DNA of 39,689 bases from Nemertoderma westbladi (lineage: Eukaryota; Animalia; Xenacoelomorpha): assembly GCA_032718475.1 (NCBI GenBank), contig JAUCBJ010005551.1:1-39689 (forward strand). Direction: 5' to 3'. Of the stretch, positions 37,086 through 39,689 are shown piece after piece. A model generated the notes under the pieces. The model had not been told where the DNA came from. It saw nothing but the letters and a program-made list of their open reading frames with translations, and searched no databases. Position numbers and translations under genes: made by a program. The stretch's first letter is position 1; each line of letters opens with the position of its first letter.

Positions 37086-38820
37086 ACCGCAACCGACATT
37101 TCACATCTACCATTGTGGGAAAATGCGCAATAACATCCTTTCGAATATTCATGGAAGGCTCCCTTAGCGACGGATTGTGGAACTGAGAATGTGCTGAAGC
37201 TGGATCAGGGCTTGAAGACGAAACAGGGGTACTGGGAATCGAGCAGAGCGAGCGCGCTGGACTGTCAATTGAGACAGGTGGGGTAGCAGTACCAGGCCGC
37301 CCCCTTTTCCTAGATAGACTCGGTGGTGCCTTATCACATAAGATCAAACTAGAGGCCACAGAAGCAGTGAATCTGAGGAGATCGTATCTCTTTTTAACTG
37401 CGATGCCAAGTTGATTACAAGATCGCTTATAGTGAAGCCAAGAATTTACAACAACAACATTCAGTACCCATAAAAAGACCCTCCTGTACCACTTATCGCA
37501 GCGATGGTTGCATGTGTATAGTGATCTCAACATATCGAATAAGTCAGTTCCACCCATTGCTTTATTGTACTCTGCAACAATGGCGGGTTGGTCTACTAAT
37601 ATCTTCTTTCGTTCCTTCTTGCACCATCTCTTGACCTGTCCAACTGGAGCAATAGAGACATGCGTAGAAGCAAGTTGTACAACCCTGTTGTCCACCCAGC
37701 GCACTATAGCCAACTCACTATTGGCATCAACCTTTCGAATCACATGAACCACGGCCACGTTCTTTCAGTTCCTTTTCGGATTCTAGTTGACAATCACGAA
37801 TACGATTTCTATTTAGCGTCCCAATTGAACAAAACCCCATGCTTTTCAACATCACTTGCAATTCAGGGAAATTAAAGTAATTATCAAAATACACTTTAAA
37901 GTTCTGTCCTTTGGCAAGGGTCTCTAGTAACTTTAAAACATAGTCACCAGTTTGGAATCCGCAAGAATTATCGACCTCTACATGTCCCTCATATAGGAAA
38001 AAATCATGTGTAAACCCAGAACTTGAATTACGAGAGAATACTTTCATCCCCCACTTCTTTGGTTGCAAGTATTGTAATAATACTGTACGACCTTTATACG
38101 GAATCATTTGCTCATCCACACACTGAAACCCCTCAGGGGGAAATCTTAAACAAGCCTCCCTTTTTTCGTATTTTTGCTAACCTATCGTAGCCTGGCGCGC
38201 TGGAATTAGTTATAATATTATTATTGTCAGCAAAATGTAAATACCTGTTAATATCTAAAAATCGTCAGAAATGGCTGACACCGTGAAATCTGCATCCCAG
38301 TACATACGATAGCGGGGGAGTTTAATTATGCCCATACGAAGTAACAGACCAAGGTATATCTCTATTTCTTCATCAGAAGTTCTGAACTTCGACAAAGACT
38401 GGACAGCAAACAAATTCGATTCTACCGAAATCAAGTTAATCATCTCTTCAGTAAAGTAAAGTTTAAAATAATCTATCGGTTCATCTACTTTATCTGGTTT
38501 ATCTCCTAATGCACCCTACCATTGTGGTACACATGGAACCAGCGGTTTGAGGACACCCATTTTATTTTTCTTCTCTTTCTGCCATTTGAAGGACCCATAC
38601 TTGGAACTACCAGTACCGGTACTACTTTTACAAGGTTTTGCAAGTTGCTTTTGTGGAGTCGCTTCCATTCCTACTACAACCGGGATATCAAAGCCATGAA
38701 ACTCTTCCTCGCCTAAGATTCACTACTACTCTCAACGAATCCGGGAAAATCTTCACCATCGTCCGAGCAATTATCTGGGTCTGACACATCTGCATCTGTC
38801 AAAACAACTAATTGTATTTC
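37086..38820 (-). pseudogene. piggyBac DDD transposase pseudogene, C-terminus cut off by the BEL sequence
   Basis: Acidic N-terminus, PIDYFKLYFT, MGIIKLPRYRMYW, YLHFADN, VDEQMIPYKGR, PKKWG.KVF, VYFDNYF, RWVDN, YNKAMGGTDLFD and KWYRRVF. Several frameshifts. Ends at HFPTMVDVKCRLR before the Cys-rich domain. Confidence 0.9.
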
Positions 38821-38865
38821 ACTCACACCTCTGGGGTTTGGCGATGGATTACGTCGCCATCCATA

Positions 38866-39189
38866 GGCATTGTAAAGTAGCCTACTGCCAGACAGACAGT
38901 TGTACCTTACCTACTATACAGCTAAACGGCATATAAAGAGCACTAACTGAAACAATCTTCGAAATACTGCATTGGTAGGCAGGTAGGTACAAATTGCTAG
39001 CCATGTCTGACTGTACAAATTCTAATAACCAGAAATGAAACTATACTACTGTACTATATAAGGCATTGTAAAGTAGCCTACTGCGAAACAGACAGTTAGT
39101 ACCTTACCTACTATACAGCTAAACTGCATGTAAAGAGCACTAACGGAAACAATCTTCGAAATACTGCATTGGTAGGTAGGTACAAATTG
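38866..39189. repeat. Direct duplication of ~130 bp (period ~195)
   Basis: aggcattgtaaagtagcctactg...ggtaggtacaaattg at 38866-38996 and 39061-39189. Confidence 0.9.
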
Positions 39190-39571
39190 AATTGTACATA
39201 TTCTGGTTATTTAACTATCCTCCATATCCCCTTGGAGCCCAGGGGCCCATATGTGGGCAACATATAAACACATACATCATATAAATCCACAGGGACACCA
39301 ATGTTTTTTATTGGTAAGAATACATAAAGGGGACATGTTAGTGGCTGGCTATATTTTTTCAACAATTACTCCCGATGTCACAATGACAATCTGTGATTTA
39401 TTACAACCATCTAAAAATCGGAAATCTATCCGCATAATTCGGCTGCTACCAACGGTGTAACCACCCCTTGCACAGTGGTAAAGTGTTTTTTTGGATGATT
39501 AACGGTCCCTTTAAATTTTAAAAACAAATCTGTTACGAACATTGTTGGTGCACAATACCCTCTAGAATTTG

Positions 39572-39609
39572 ATGACCCATATATGGGCCTAGGGGTCTGA
39601 AAGACTTAA
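39572..39609 (-). mobile_element. Probable 5' terminus of the piggyBac element
   Basis: The minus strand reads TTAA GTCTTTCAGACCCCTAGGCCCATATATGGGTC. It has the TTAA and a subterminal palindrome, also echoed at ~39246-39258. The canonical CCC start is degenerate. Confidence 0.45.
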
Positions 39610-39689
39610 CCAAATTAAACAAGTAATATAGTAAAATTCAAATACTGCATTTAATTATCATCTTCAACCATATCCATGGTTAAATTCAT

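Overview
AT-rich eukaryotic, most likely invertebrate animal, DNA that is mostly nested transposable elements. Bases 1-14 kb hold two divergently oriented MFS (SLC18B1-like) transporter paralogs with uninterrupted CDSs, one frameshifted and one intact. Between them lie a full-length RTE-clade LINE with a 15-bp TSD, older RTE fragments, a TTAA-inserted piggyBac-type non-autonomous element and a ~0.4 kb inverted repeat. Bases 14-39.7 kb hold a decayed BEL/Pao retrotransposon, an intron-containing IS3EU-like DDE transposase relic, a second ~16 kb BEL/Pao element and a piggyBac transposase pseudogene. The second BEL/Pao element is the most interesting object. It has a non-env third ORF with a CxxC...CxxH motif and ~2.6-3 kb near-identical direct repeats that include part of that ORF. 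It also carries an 18-20 bp pseudo-palindromic motif (sense GGAAGACTYGYGAGCCTW) at 11 positions, in non-coding DNA and in different reading frames. This may be an element-encoded protein plus cognate-site system. All alignments and counts were made by eye; no database searches were run.
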